Shown piece after piece: positions 1 through 8,839 of a stretch of 32,000 nucleotides of DNA; position 1 is the first letter of the stretch, and each line of letters opens with the position of its first letter. The notes under the pieces are model-generated. The model searched no databases. It saw nothing but the letters and a program-made list of their open reading frames with translations, and was not told where the DNA came from. The stretch comes from an uncultured Lentisphaeria bacterium (GTDB lineage: Bacteria; Verrucomicrobiota; Lentisphaeria; JABSQK01; JAJFLO01). The stretch covers positions 720,001 to 752,000 of the forward strand of contig OX638337.1 in NCBI GenBank assembly GCA_951812855.1. The letters run 5' to 3'. The position numbers were made by a program, and so were the translations under genes.

Positions 1-1
1 T

Positions 2-604
2 GAAGAGACGCAGAAAATCTATGCGACGGGCTATCAGGAAAAACGCCAACGTGCCAAGGCAAAGCGTGATGCTAAGAAAAGCGAAAAAATAGAGGCGATG
101 TCCGAGGACATTTCTGTAGACGTTTTCGCACCAGATGGGAATGAGAAGGTCTGGAAAAACATCTTGTTGGCACAGCTTATGGAGATGGACTCATCCGCAT
201 TTGAAAGGCTGGCACAACGACTGTTACGTGAGGCCGGTTTTGTCAAAGTTAAGGTTCTAGGACAAACCGGAGACGGCGGCTTGGATGGTGTCGGGATTCT
301 GCGTGTAAACCTGATCTCTTTCCGAGTCTATTTTCAGTGTAAGCGTTGGGCCAACAGCGTTGGCTCAAAAGAGATTAGGGACTTCCGTGGTGCACTGCAG
401 GGTCGGGCAGACAAGGGACTATTCATTACCACAAGTAATTTTACCAAGCAGGCGTCTGACGAAGCGACTCGAGATGGTGCGATCGCTATCGATCTTATCG
501 ATGGCGAACGGCTATGCGAGTTGCTGAAACAATTTGACCTCGGCGTTAAAACAGAGACCGTCGAGCGTATTGTTATCGATGACCAGTGGTTGCAGGAAGT
601 TTGA
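2..604 (+). CDS. mrr: Mrr-type (type IV-like) restriction endonuclease, 5'-truncated by the window edge
   Basis: Frame 2 is open from nt 2 with no stop, so the listed ATG at 98 is probably internal. The C-terminal region shows Mrr catalytic-domain hallmarks by eye: FERLAQRLLREAGF, GDGGLDGVG, YFQCKRW, SKEIRDFRGAL, KGLFITTSNFT. Stop is TGA at 602-604. GC is visibly higher than in the rest of the window. Confidence 0.8.
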   Translation, partial: EETQKIYATGYQEKRQRAKAKRDAKKSEKIEAMSEDISVDVFAPDGNEKVWKNILLAQLMEMDSSAFERLAQRLLREAGFVKVKVLGQTGDGGLDGVGILRVNLISFRVYFQCKRWANSVGSKEIRDFRGALQGRADKGLFITTSNFTKQASDEATRDGAIAIDLIDGERLCELLKQFDLGVKTETVERIVIDDQWLQEV

Positions 605-1018
605 TTTGAAAGATTGATTGCATGAAGAAAAATGCTCTCTCTGTCTCCATCACCTACGCCCAAAACAGCAGTTCCTTATCTATCATTTAAAACTAATGTT
701 AGAAATCGCCGGATTTAGGTAAAGTTAACCGAACTGTTTAAAATCAGGAATAGATTATGAGTAAGAAAACTAAGATTTTGTTTGACGATTTCCTCTGTCC
801 TTGCCTTACCGCTGCCCGCCGGATTCATCTTGAATCTGATGCCAGGTATGTGCTAAAACTCCCTATTCAAACGCAATGAGCTAAATTAGAATTTGAATTG
901 CCGAGATTTTCTGCCTGATTTCAATGATTTGATATCTCAAGACTTTGGTATTTGGTAAAACAAATACTATTATTTCATCTTGTAAATATGATTTTGAATT
1001 TAATTGAAGGATTAAACA

Positions 1019-1738
1019 TTGTATACCGCGGCACTGGATACCTCTGGACAATACGCATCATTTTCCATTGAAAACACGAATAGTAAAGAGCTGATTTGCG
1101 AAAATCATGTAATTCGAATGGGCAAAGAGTCGTCAAATCTGGCTTCCTCGCTTAGTGATATGTTATCGGAAAATGGAATTTCTGTTAGTCAAATTAAAAC
1201 ATGGATTGTCGGATTAGGACCGGGCAGCTATACTGGACTTAGAATTGGTATCGCTTATCTGAAAGGAATATGTTTGGCAAACGGCTCGCAGTTAAAAGGG
1301 TATCCCAGCAGTTTGGCAATGGCAATGGCAGTAGACAGTAAAAACAGCGATCGAATCGGTGTCTTGCATGATGGTCGGCGTCAATCACTGGTTGTGAGTA
1401 CTTATTTGAATAAGAATAATATATTGCGACCTTTGTCTTTTCCTAAAATAGTTGATGTTTCAGAAATATTCAGAGAGGAAATAGATCAATTTGTTATCTT
1501 AAAAAATGATTTTTCACTTTTAACAGCGATTGACCAACGGATTTCTGTCGCTGGTATTGATCATATTGACAGCACAAAATTGTTGACTGTTGAAACGTTG
1601 AATCGTGCGTCGGACGGTTCAGTCATTGATGAAAGTCTGGAACCTGTTTATGTCAGACCCCCTGTATTCGTAAAACCAAATAAGGTTATAACTGGTAAAT
1701 CAGATTCTTATTCAAGGATAGATCATGGAGTTAACTGA
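1019..1738 (+). CDS. tsaB: tRNA threonylcarbamoyladenosine (t6A) biosynthesis protein TsaB (YeaZ family)
   Basis: TTG start at 1019 with AAGGA 7 nt upstream. The N-terminal AALDTSG and GLGPGSYTGLRIGIA motifs are typical of TsaB/YeaZ. 239 aa. Confidence 0.85.
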   Translation: MYTAALDTSGQYASFSIENTNSKELICENHVIRMGKESSNLASSLSDMLSENGISVSQIKTWIVGLGPGSYTGLRIGIAYLKGICLANGSQLKGYPSSLAMAMAVDSKNSDRIGVLHDGRRQSLVVSTYLNKNNILRPLSFPKIVDVSEIFREEIDQFVILKNDFSLLTAIDQRISVAGIDHIDSTKLLTVETLNRASDGSVIDESLEPVYVRPPVFVKPNKVITGKSDSYSRIDHGVN

Positions 1739-2456
1739 AAAAAAATCAAACCAAATTTACTGAGTTGACTGGACATTCTGTTCCGATTTATTTGCTTAGA
1801 GCTCTAACCAGTTTAAAAGGGGATTTAGGCGAAGCATATGTTCTTACCGGTGGCAATTCTATTTTATTATGCTCCGGAAATATTGGAGAAGCGATAACTA
1901 TTCTAAGTATGGATTCGACGAAATAACCTTGGTCAGCCTGGAAACTGACAGGCCGTTTACGTATTTAAATATACGTTTGTCAGATCAGGATTATCGATTG
2001 AAATTTTCCGCTTATGATTACGATCAATTGGATGAATTGACACGTCAATTCAAGGGCAGAGAAATTGAAACTCTCTATGCAAACGTGATGGTGAGGTTAT
2101 TGATATGGTGGATTTGAAATTAACGCCACTTGCGGGATTTTGTGCTATGTTGTATGCTGCTGCAAATTTCGACGGAAATTCATGTGACAATGAACTGGAG
2201 AATTTAGACCCGGTCCTTAATGATGAACAGATTTTGAAACAAGGATATGATTTCTGGGAATCAACCGATAATATTCAGATTGTTAAGGAGATGGATTGTT
2301 TACTGACTCCAGCTCAAAAATTGTGTTTATTAGCTATATATGCTTGAAATTGCCGGGGTTGACGGGGTATTGAAAGAAAGTAAAAAGACATTTTTTGATT
2401 TTAACAGTGTTTTTGATGCATTATATACAAAAAAAATAATTTTACGATATTTATAA
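1725..2456 (+). pseudogene. Decayed gene (bacterial PH-like N-terminal part, TerB-like C-terminal repeats) broken by about 4 frameshifts
   Basis: The ATG at 1725 overlaps the tsaB stop. The reading frame hops 0>1 in the A8 run at 1738-1745, 1>0 at about 1870-1926, 0>2 at about 2069-2117, and 2>0 at 2343-2347. The joined translation reads continuously: MELTEKK/NQTKFTELTGHSVPIYLLRALTSLKGDLGEAYVLTGGNSILLCSGNIGEA.../YSKYGFDEITLVSLETDRPF...RQFKGRE/...LTPLAGFCAMLYAAANFDGNSCDNELENL...KLCLLAIYA/LEIAGVDGVLKESKKTFFDF...*. The track shows only two fragments of 82 and 80 aa. Confidence 0.7.
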
Positions 2457-2459
2457 AAA

Positions 2460-2909
2460 ATGAAGAATACGCTTATGAACATTTTAATCCTGAACGGACC
2501 AAATATGGATCTTCTGGGAAATCGGGAGACAGATATTTATGGGGATGAAAATTTAGAAAGCATAGAAAATCGTTTACAATTGGTCGCTCAAGAGTTGAAT
2601 ATTTCAATCAACTGTAAACAGAGCAATCATGAAGGTGAGATTGTTGATTGGATTGGTCAATGTAAAAACAACGTTGATGGAATTATAATAAATCCGGCAG
2701 CTTATACTCATACGAGCGTTGCAATTCGGGATGCTGTTTCAGCGGTAAATATTCCAACAATAGAAGTGCATTTGAGTAATGTTCATGCACGTGAAGAATT
2801 TCGGCGGCATTCATTCATCGTATCCGTATGTGTCGGTCAAATCTGCGGCTTTGGTGTAGACAGTTATGAACTTGCTTTAAGGGGGTTGGTATTACTTCTC
2901 AGCAAATGA
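2460..2909 (+). CDS. aroQ: Type II 3-dehydroquinate dehydratase
   Basis: ILILNGPNMDLLGNRE..IYG, NHEGEIVDWI, INPAAYTHTSVAIRDA and IEVHLSNVHAREEFRRHS are canonical AroQ motifs. 149 aa. Confidence 0.95.
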   Translation: MKNTLMNILILNGPNMDLLGNRETDIYGDENLESIENRLQLVAQELNISINCKQSNHEGEIVDWIGQCKNNVDGIIINPAAYTHTSVAIRDAVSAVNIPTIEVHLSNVHAREEFRRHSFIVSVCVGQICGFGVDSYELALRGLVLLLSK

Positions 2910-5900
2910 TGCCCAGATCCTCTAATAAATCATACACGTAATTATTTATCAGAAGAATACTGTCTGCATCAAGAGAATATTCAGTCTCAAATACAGCAAT
3001 TTCATTTGCAAATTCTACTGATAAATCTTCAGATGTAAGCTTTGGTGCGTACACGATATCCTCAGGAACCGGATGTTGATCTTGTTCGCTAATTGTTCGA
3101 ATAATCTGCTCAGCGATTTCTGGAAATTGATAAAACATTTCTGAAGCAGTAAGCAAATATAGTTTTAGATATTGGTCGTTTTCAATAAACATATCGATAA
3201 CCGGTTTCAATGATGATGTTCTATACGACTCGTAAATCTCCCGGGCCCGGGCAAGCATGTTAAGATTTTTCAAATCGGATTGGCATATTTTGCCTTCACA
3301 TTGTCGATTCGGAATTGAAAAAGTTGAATCATGAGGTATCGAATCAGTTAAATGATTTTCCCAAACATTCTCCCTTTGGCATAGAAACTCATCGATTGCA
3401 ATGGCAAGGTGCCTGCCCATATCCGGAGGAAAATTTTCGATAATAAAAAATTTTTCTAATGAGTAAATCCGATAGTTTTTTAATACGGAAACGACCTCGA
3501 TAAACTCTTCTTCCAGGGATCGATTTAAAACGCGATGATGACCTCCCTGCAGTAATTTCCGGGCAAATGCAGGCACGGAATTACCTAATGTTATTTGACG
3601 GGCTGATTTTATTAGATCATTTGCAACAGAGGGTTTGCCGGAATTTAAAACAGCTTCTTCGTAATATATTTCTGCAATAATCTGTTGTGTTACAAAAGGA
3701 AGTTGTCCCCCGGTCATTGCAGAGCGGGTAAAGCTGCGAATCGCCGAATTAAAGAGAGTTATGGCCTTTTCTGTATCGTGTGAAAGTTGATAGAGAATTG
3801 CGACTCGAAATTGAGCCCTGGCCAAATCGTGATAGGGTTTCTGATAATTTGATAAAATTCCAGAGTCAATTCCATCATTTTCACATTCATAGGGTTGAAT
3901 TTCTTTTTCAGCTTTTATTAAATTCTGTTCAGCACTTAAAACATAATCATTCCACTGGATAGGCTGCAGTCCGTTAAGGCGTTGAATCGCCCAATACACC
4001 CAACGCCGAACTTCGGGATCATGTTCTGTAGGATCTGTTAAAGAGTCGATTAAGCTCTTTAATCCGAGTTGGTTGCCCATTCGTCCAAGGCTTTTTGCAA
4101 TTTCAGATCGGATACGATATTCGTGATCCGGATTTTTACCATGAAGTTTCCCTGTAAATCGATCTATCATCAAATTCTGCTGATCGATGGAAAAGTCTGC
4201 ATGCCCAATTAAAAAGGCTGCCAGCCGTCTTTTCGGTCTTTCCAGCCTGGAGGGTAATTGAAGCATTTCCAGTAATTGTTCCGGTGAGTTTTCGCTTTGT
4301 ATTCGTTTCCCCCAAAGATATCGGAACACCGAATTTTTCATGGCAAAAATATAAGGAACACTGTCTCTGTCTCTAATACCCTTTAATATCGGCTTAAATT
4401 GGTTTTGCTTCGTTTTGGAAAGTGAATCGAAAATTTCATCTGCATCCGTTGATAGACACATACAATTTTCTTCTATACAACCGAAAACGGAGTGAAACTG
4501 ACTGCAGCATTTTGCGAATTCCTGTGAGAATACACTATTTCGTTCCAAGATTAAATTGATAAAATCACAGTTGTTTTGCTGCGGAAAACGGTTCATTAAT
4601 GTCCACATTTCCGAAAGGGTATATCCTATAATTCCACTGACAATGTGTTCTTTGACGTTGTATTCAGGAGTTCGCTCAAATCCATGAATTATCATTAACC
4701 TTAAAGCATAAGACCAGCCAATATTTACAACTGTGTACGGGATAAAAAGGATTCCTTTGCTGATTAAATACTGATTGGCCTCAGGCGTTGCTGCATAAGG
4801 CGATGCTTCCACGACAATTTTACCGCCAAACGCCTTTGCATCTTTAAACTTAAAATCGTAATGACCTGATGTTAATACTAAAATATCTGCATTATTTAAG
4901 CACTCAGCTGCATCTAATCCCTTAGAGTTAAGTTCGATACAGTCAAACAGATCTCCGGCTCCTTTTAAAACCCGCTTCCCTTTTTTCGCCTCTTTTGCAT
5001 TAATATACCGAATCAAGTTGTGGGGTAACTCTTTATTTTCTTTTGCCAGGAGTGTATCATTTTTATCCATAATCCCAGTGATTTTGATCGCAAAATCAAC
5101 CGCATATTCATGAATGATCAGACTTGTAACCGCATGATCTTCCAAACCATAATTTTTACCCCCCTTAATAAATATTCTAAATATCTTTGCATTTCCGGAG
5201 TCGTTATTCTGAGGCATCGAAAAGTACTTTTCCCGAATAAATTTGTCTTTGATCAGATAAATAATCGCCACAACGGGTGAATAGCCGGGAGTCTTCCATT
5301 TTTCAATCGGTATACCCCACAAATTTTCTGTATTCCCGATTGCAAACAGTCTAAATTTTTTTCCGAGCTGTGCTAACAAAGAATCCAGATCTTTTTCTTT
5401 TAGAATTTGTTGCAGATTTCGGAATTTTGTTATGTTGATATCTCTGTTCGCAAATAACTTATTGAGTACCTTCTTATACGCACAATCTGTTATGATATTA
5501 ATTGAACGATTGGAAATCCCTTTGCCGATTGCTGCAATATATTTCTGCCCAAGTATATCGGCATTTATCAGTGCGGTTGTCCAGGATTTTAAGACCTCTT
5601 TTTTGCTTACTCCCGGCTTTGCAATAATTACGGCATAGGCACCATCCAGAAAACCAATTGATTTGTGGCATAAATCGGCGATTTGACTATTCAGCGGCAC
5701 ATAGGAAAAATACTGCCATCGCTGATGTTGAAATTCGCTGATGTTCTTTACATTCAGGTAGTCTAAGGCACCAACTGATGAGATAAGGTCCTCATTACAT
5801 AAACTGCTGTGAATTCCCAAAAGTGAATCAAAATATTCTGAGTGGATATAAATTAATTTCCATGACAGAGCTGATGTTTTCCGGTCATTCGGCAGATGGT

Positions 5901-6177
5901 TATTAAAGAATTCAGGATCTAAGAATACTGTCCATATTTGGGTATGCTCTGGATGACATTGAAGAAACGTATTTGGGGCTGTATATCGATAGAGTTCATC
6001 GATACAATGATTTAGTGACTGGATATCGAGGCTATAATCTTCCGGGAAAATATTCAGCAGGGCATCTACCACTGATTGAGCAGCAGGTAATGATTGGACC
6101 AGATTTGCAATATCCTTAAAATTTTGAGGGCTGGAATCGCCGGTTTCATCATAAAACGCGAGTGATTTCATTGTCAA
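2899..6177 (-). CDS. Large (1092 aa) multidomain protein of unknown function with a degenerate Glu/Leu/Phe/Val-dehydrogenase-like central region, HEAT-like repeats and TPR-like helices
   Basis: Uninterrupted 3.3-kb ORF. Residues ~330-500 resemble amino-acid dehydrogenase motifs by eye: FIKGGKNYG versus GGxKGG, and ADILVLTSG...KIVVEASPYAATPEANQYLISKGILFIPYTVVNIGWSY versus DIL.PCA...I.EGAN.P.TPEA..IL..RGI...PD...NAGGV. Residues ~650-735 look like HEAT/PBS-lyase repeats (DPEVRRWVYWAIQRL). I recognise no confident family match. Confidence 0.85.
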   Translation of the reverse strand: MTMKSLAFYDETGDSSPQNFKDIANLVQSLPAAQSVVDALLNIFPEDYSLDIQSLNHCIDELYRYTAPNTFLQCHPEHTQIWTVFLDPEFFNNHLPNDRKTSALSWKLIYIHSEYFDSLLGIHSSLCNEDLISSVGALDYLNVKNISEFQHQRWQYFSYVPLNSQIADLCHKSIGFLDGAYAVIIAKPGVSKKEVLKSWTTALINADILGQKYIAAIGKGISNRSINIITDCAYKKVLNKLFANRDINITKFRNLQQILKEKDLDSLLAQLGKKFRLFAIGNTENLWGIPIEKWKTPGYSPVVAIIYLIKDKFIREKYFSMPQNNDSGNAKIFRIFIKGGKNYGLEDHAVTSLIIHEYAVDFAIKITGIMDKNDTLLAKENKELPHNLIRYINAKEAKKGKRVLKGAGDLFDCIELNSKGLDAAECLNNADILVLTSGHYDFKFKDAKAFGGKIVVEASPYAATPEANQYLISKGILFIPYTVVNIGWSYALRLMIIHGFERTPEYNVKEHIVSGIIGYTLSEMWTLMNRFPQQNNCDFINLILERNSVFSQEFAKCCSQFHSVFGCIEENCMCLSTDADEIFDSLSKTKQNQFKPILKGIRDRDSVPYIFAMKNSVFRYLWGKRIQSENSPEQLLEMLQLPSRLERPKRRLAAFLIGHADFSIDQQNLMIDRFTGKLHGKNPDHEYRIRSEIAKSLGRMGNQLGLKSLIDSLTDPTEHDPEVRRWVYWAIQRLNGLQPIQWNDYVLSAEQNLIKAEKEIQPYECENDGIDSGILSNYQKPYHDLARAQFRVAILYQLSHDTEKAITLFNSAIRSFTRSAMTGGQLPFVTQQIIAEIYYEEAVLNSGKPSVANDLIKSARQITLGNSVPAFARKLLQGGHHRVLNRSLEEEFIEVVSVLKNYRIYSLEKFFIIENFPPDMGRHLAIAIDEFLCQRENVWENHLTDSIPHDSTFSIPNRQCEGKICQSDLKNLNMLARAREIYESYRTSSLKPVIDMFIENDQYLKLYLLTASEMFYQFPEIAEQIIRTISEQDQHPVPEDIVYAPKLTSEDLSVEFANEIAVFETEYSLDADSILLINNYVYDLLEDLGIIC

Positions 6178-6459
6178 TATTTATTTAATTCTACTCGTTT
6201 GTTTATTTTTGTAAGGGGGGCGAATTAGAACCCCTGCAGTTTGGGTTAATGATGAAGTGAATCTCAAAAAGTGCCGTTTTTCTTCGAAAACTTGTTATCC
6301 TTTGATTTACAGTGCGACACTAAATAAATTTATTAATTATTTATTATTATAATTTATATAGAATTGTTTTAATTATAAACATCATCCTGTAGAAATGAGA
6401 TCTGTTTTGTCGTTTATTTTTAATAAATATAATGACCCATGGTCATGATTTTAGTAAAA

Positions 6460-6543
6460 TGTCAGGATCAATACAGGATTGGTCAGGTGAACTGTCGGAG
6501 GACATGCTGACAATGGTCATTTTATAGGTGACATCACCTGACA
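6460..6543 (+). promoter_or_regulatory. Candidate cis-regulatory leader element upstream of nhaA (alternative pairings and phased CAGG repeats)
   Basis: TCACCTGACA (6534-6543) can pair with three upstream partners. These are TGTCAGG at 6460-6466 (7 bp), GTCAGGTGA at 6482-6490 (9 bp) and AGGTGA at 6526-6531 (6 bp, 2-nt spacer). CAGG recurs at 6463, 6474 and 6484 with 10-11 nt spacing. The function is not established. Confidence 0.3.
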
Positions 6544-6601
6544 GGCAAGATTCCCATTGGGGGATGGATTTTAATCAACGGATAAATTTTATAAAAGGTA
6601 A

Positions 6602-7942
6602 ATGATGATGAGCACGAACAAATCAAAAAAAGAGACGCCGGCGGAAATTATTCTTCGCCCGTTTCAGGAATTTGCAAAAGTTGAAGCATGTGGAGGGATA
6701 ATTCTATTTATTTTTACTGTTGGCGCTTTATATTGGGCGAATTCTAAATGGGCTCAGAGTTATCATCATTTGTGGGAAGAGATTTTTACAATCGGGGTCG
6801 GACATTTCGTGTTGAGCAAGAGTCTGCATCACTGGATAAATGATGGTCTGATGACAATTTTTTTCCTGATTGCCGGTCTTGAGATTAAGCGTGAAATTAT
6901 GGTGGGTGAACTTGCGTCATTCAAAAAAGCTGTCCTCCCTATTGCTGCTGCAATTGGCGGTATGGTTGTACCTGCTGCAATTTATTCAGTATTAAATTTC
7001 GGCGGAGACCGGCTGGGCCGGGGGATTCCAATGGCAACAGATATCGCATTTGCACTTGGTGTATTGACTGTTTTAGGAAAACGAATTCCTTCAGGGTTAA
7101 AGGTCTTTCTTCTTGCGCTGGCAATTGTCGATGATTTAGGTGTTGTATTGGTAATTGCAATCTTTTACACCTCTGAAATCTCATGGAATGCATTAGGAGC
7201 GGGAATGGGTATTTTTTCTGTATTGGTTGTTTTCAATAAATTGCATGTCCGCAATCCGATTTGTTATTATTTTTTCGGATTTCTTCTTTGGCTCGCCTTT
7301 TTGAAATCAGGACTTCATGCTACGATTGCCGGCGTTTTGCTGGCCTTGACAATACCGACACAAACCCGGATAAAACGAGATGATTTTCTTTGGGGAACGT
7401 CTTACTGGCTTAACATTTTTGAGAGTGCAAGTAAAGAAAAAGACTGTGTCCTGGCAAATGAAGACCAGCAGGAAGCGATTCATGCTCTGGAACACTTTTG
7501 TGAAAGGGCCAATTCCCCGGCATTGAGAGTTGAACACAGCCTGCATCCAATGGTCACCTATGCAATCATGCCGATTTTTGCCTTTGCCAATGCGGGAGTA
7601 CATATTCAAGGAGATATTACAAAATCAGTTCTATCAACAGTCAGCCTGGGAATAATTTTCGGGTTGGCACTGGGTAAACCTATTGGTATCACGTTCTTTT
7701 CGTGGATTGCAATAAAGTGTAAACTTGCAGATTTACCCGAAGGTGTATCCTGGTTACAACTTTTTGGTGGAGGTTGTCTTGGCGGAATCGGATTTACGAT
7801 GTCGATTTTTGTTGCCAACCTTGCTTTTGGTGAAGGTCAGTTATTGACCATTGCTAAAATTGGTATACTTACAGCATCATTATTAGCAGGTGTTCTCGGA
7901 GCCGTTGTTTTGTTACTTTCAAGCCCAAAAGAATCAACCTGA
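6602..7942 (+). CDS. nhaA: Na+/H+ antiporter NhaA
   Basis: HWINDGLMTIFFLIAGLEIKRE, GIPMATDIAFALGVL, LALAIVDDLG and IFAFANAGV are NhaA signature segments. 446 aa. Three tandem ATGs sit at 6602-6610. Confidence 0.95.
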   Translation: MMMSTNKSKKETPAEIILRPFQEFAKVEACGGIILFIFTVGALYWANSKWAQSYHHLWEEIFTIGVGHFVLSKSLHHWINDGLMTIFFLIAGLEIKREIMVGELASFKKAVLPIAAAIGGMVVPAAIYSVLNFGGDRLGRGIPMATDIAFALGVLTVLGKRIPSGLKVFLLALAIVDDLGVVLVIAIFYTSEISWNALGAGMGIFSVLVVFNKLHVRNPICYYFFGFLLWLAFLKSGLHATIAGVLLALTIPTQTRIKRDDFLWGTSYWLNIFESASKEKDCVLANEDQQEAIHALEHFCERANSPALRVEHSLHPMVTYAIMPIFAFANAGVHIQGDITKSVLSTVSLGIIFGLALGKPIGITFFSWIAIKCKLADLPEGVSWLQLFGGGCLGGIGFTMSIFVANLAFGEGQLLTIAKIGILTASLLAGVLGAVVLLLSSPKEST

Positions 7943-8030
7943 TTTTTTCAGAATTGTTGCCTGTTTAAGCCAATGCTAATTTTTCTGTGTGTATTTATTC
8001 GGAAAACGTCGGCAGTTGAAGGATTAGAAT

Positions 8031-8837
8031 TCAGCTTCCTGTACTTTCATAGTGACGTGTACCCAGATTCCAAATAATCATCCCTGCAGACATTGAACAA
8101 AATGCGACAACAGGTATTAATGCGATATAAGTTCGAAATTGGACATTGTCAAGGAAATATGCAGATGGGAAAAAAGCGACAAAAGCAAATGGTATTATCC
8201 ACATTAGAATGTACTGGAGGAAGCGATTGTAAATTGTTACCGGATATTTACCAAACGTAATCATATTAAACAATGGTGCCATTAATCCAACTCTATCCGG
8301 CCACCAGAAACTAAATGATGCTACTGCAGTAAATACGCCGCCGTAAATGAACATTCCACAGATAACCATTCCCGCAAAAGTCACGACCTTAATAATTGTC
8401 CATTCAAGGTTCAACTGAGCTGAAGCATAGCAAACTATCGCACCCCCGACGAGCATCCCGATTAGACTTTCTATATCTACCTTTTCCAATAAAACCTGGA
8501 ATAAACTATTTAATGGACGAAGGAGAATACGATCGAAATTTCCTTCAATTATATACACGCTTCCGACGTTGTATAAATTCGGGAAAAAAGCAAAAAATAA
8601 ATTTAACGGGAAGATAGAAAATCCGTAAATAAACAAAATCTGTCCTTTTGTCCAGAAATTTATAGTCAGACCCTGTTTTGCAAAAAGGACGTCGATAAAT
8701 ACGAGTGTGATTAATTGAAATAATAATCCTGTCACCAGTCCCAGAATTAAATCCGCTTTATATTCCATTCTCGTTTTCATAAATTGAGAAAGGTAGGCAA
8801 ACCCTAAATCAAGGTGAATAATGAATTGTCGAAGCAT
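8031..8837 (-). CDS. ABC transporter permease (ABC-2-like, COG3694-type uncharacterised transport system)
   Basis: Polytopic membrane protein and third gene of the ATPase-permease-permease operon. The start is placed at ATG 8837, 2 nt after the upstream TAA (8840-8842), rather than at the longer ORF start 8918 that would overlap the upstream gene by 79 nt. Confidence 0.75.
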   Translation of the reverse strand: MLRQFIIHLDLGFAYLSQFMKTRMEYKADLILGLVTGLLFQLITLVFIDVLFAKQGLTINFWTKGQILFIYGFSIFPLNLFFAFFPNLYNVGSVYIIEGNFDRILLRPLNSLFQVLLEKVDIESLIGMLVGGAIVCYASAQLNLEWTIIKVVTFAGMVICGMFIYGGVFTAVASFSFWWPDRVGLMAPLFNMITFGKYPVTIYNRFLQYILMWIIPFAFVAFFPSAYFLDNVQFRTYIALIPVVAFCSMSAGMIIWNLGTRHYESTGS

Positions 8838-8839
8838 CG

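Noticed and set aside
757-879. 40-codon ORF (MSKKTKILFDDFLCPCLTAARRIHLESDARYVLKLPIQTQ) between mrr and tsaB, with an AGGA upstream
   Set aside because: It has no recognisable family and is too short to support from sequence alone. It may be a gene remnant at the compositional boundary.
2899-2909. 11-nt convergent 3'-3' overlap between aroQ and the 1092-aa ORF
   Set aside because: Short convergent overlaps are common in compact genomes, and I see no evidence of regulatory significance.
6481-6510. GGTCAGGTG...GGAGGACATGC resembling the SRP (4.5S) RNA GGUCAGGUCCGGAAGGAAGCAGC core
   Set aside because: Only the first 8 nt match, and the conserved GGAA/AGCA symmetric-loop sequence is absent. It is better explained as part of the nhaA leader repeats.
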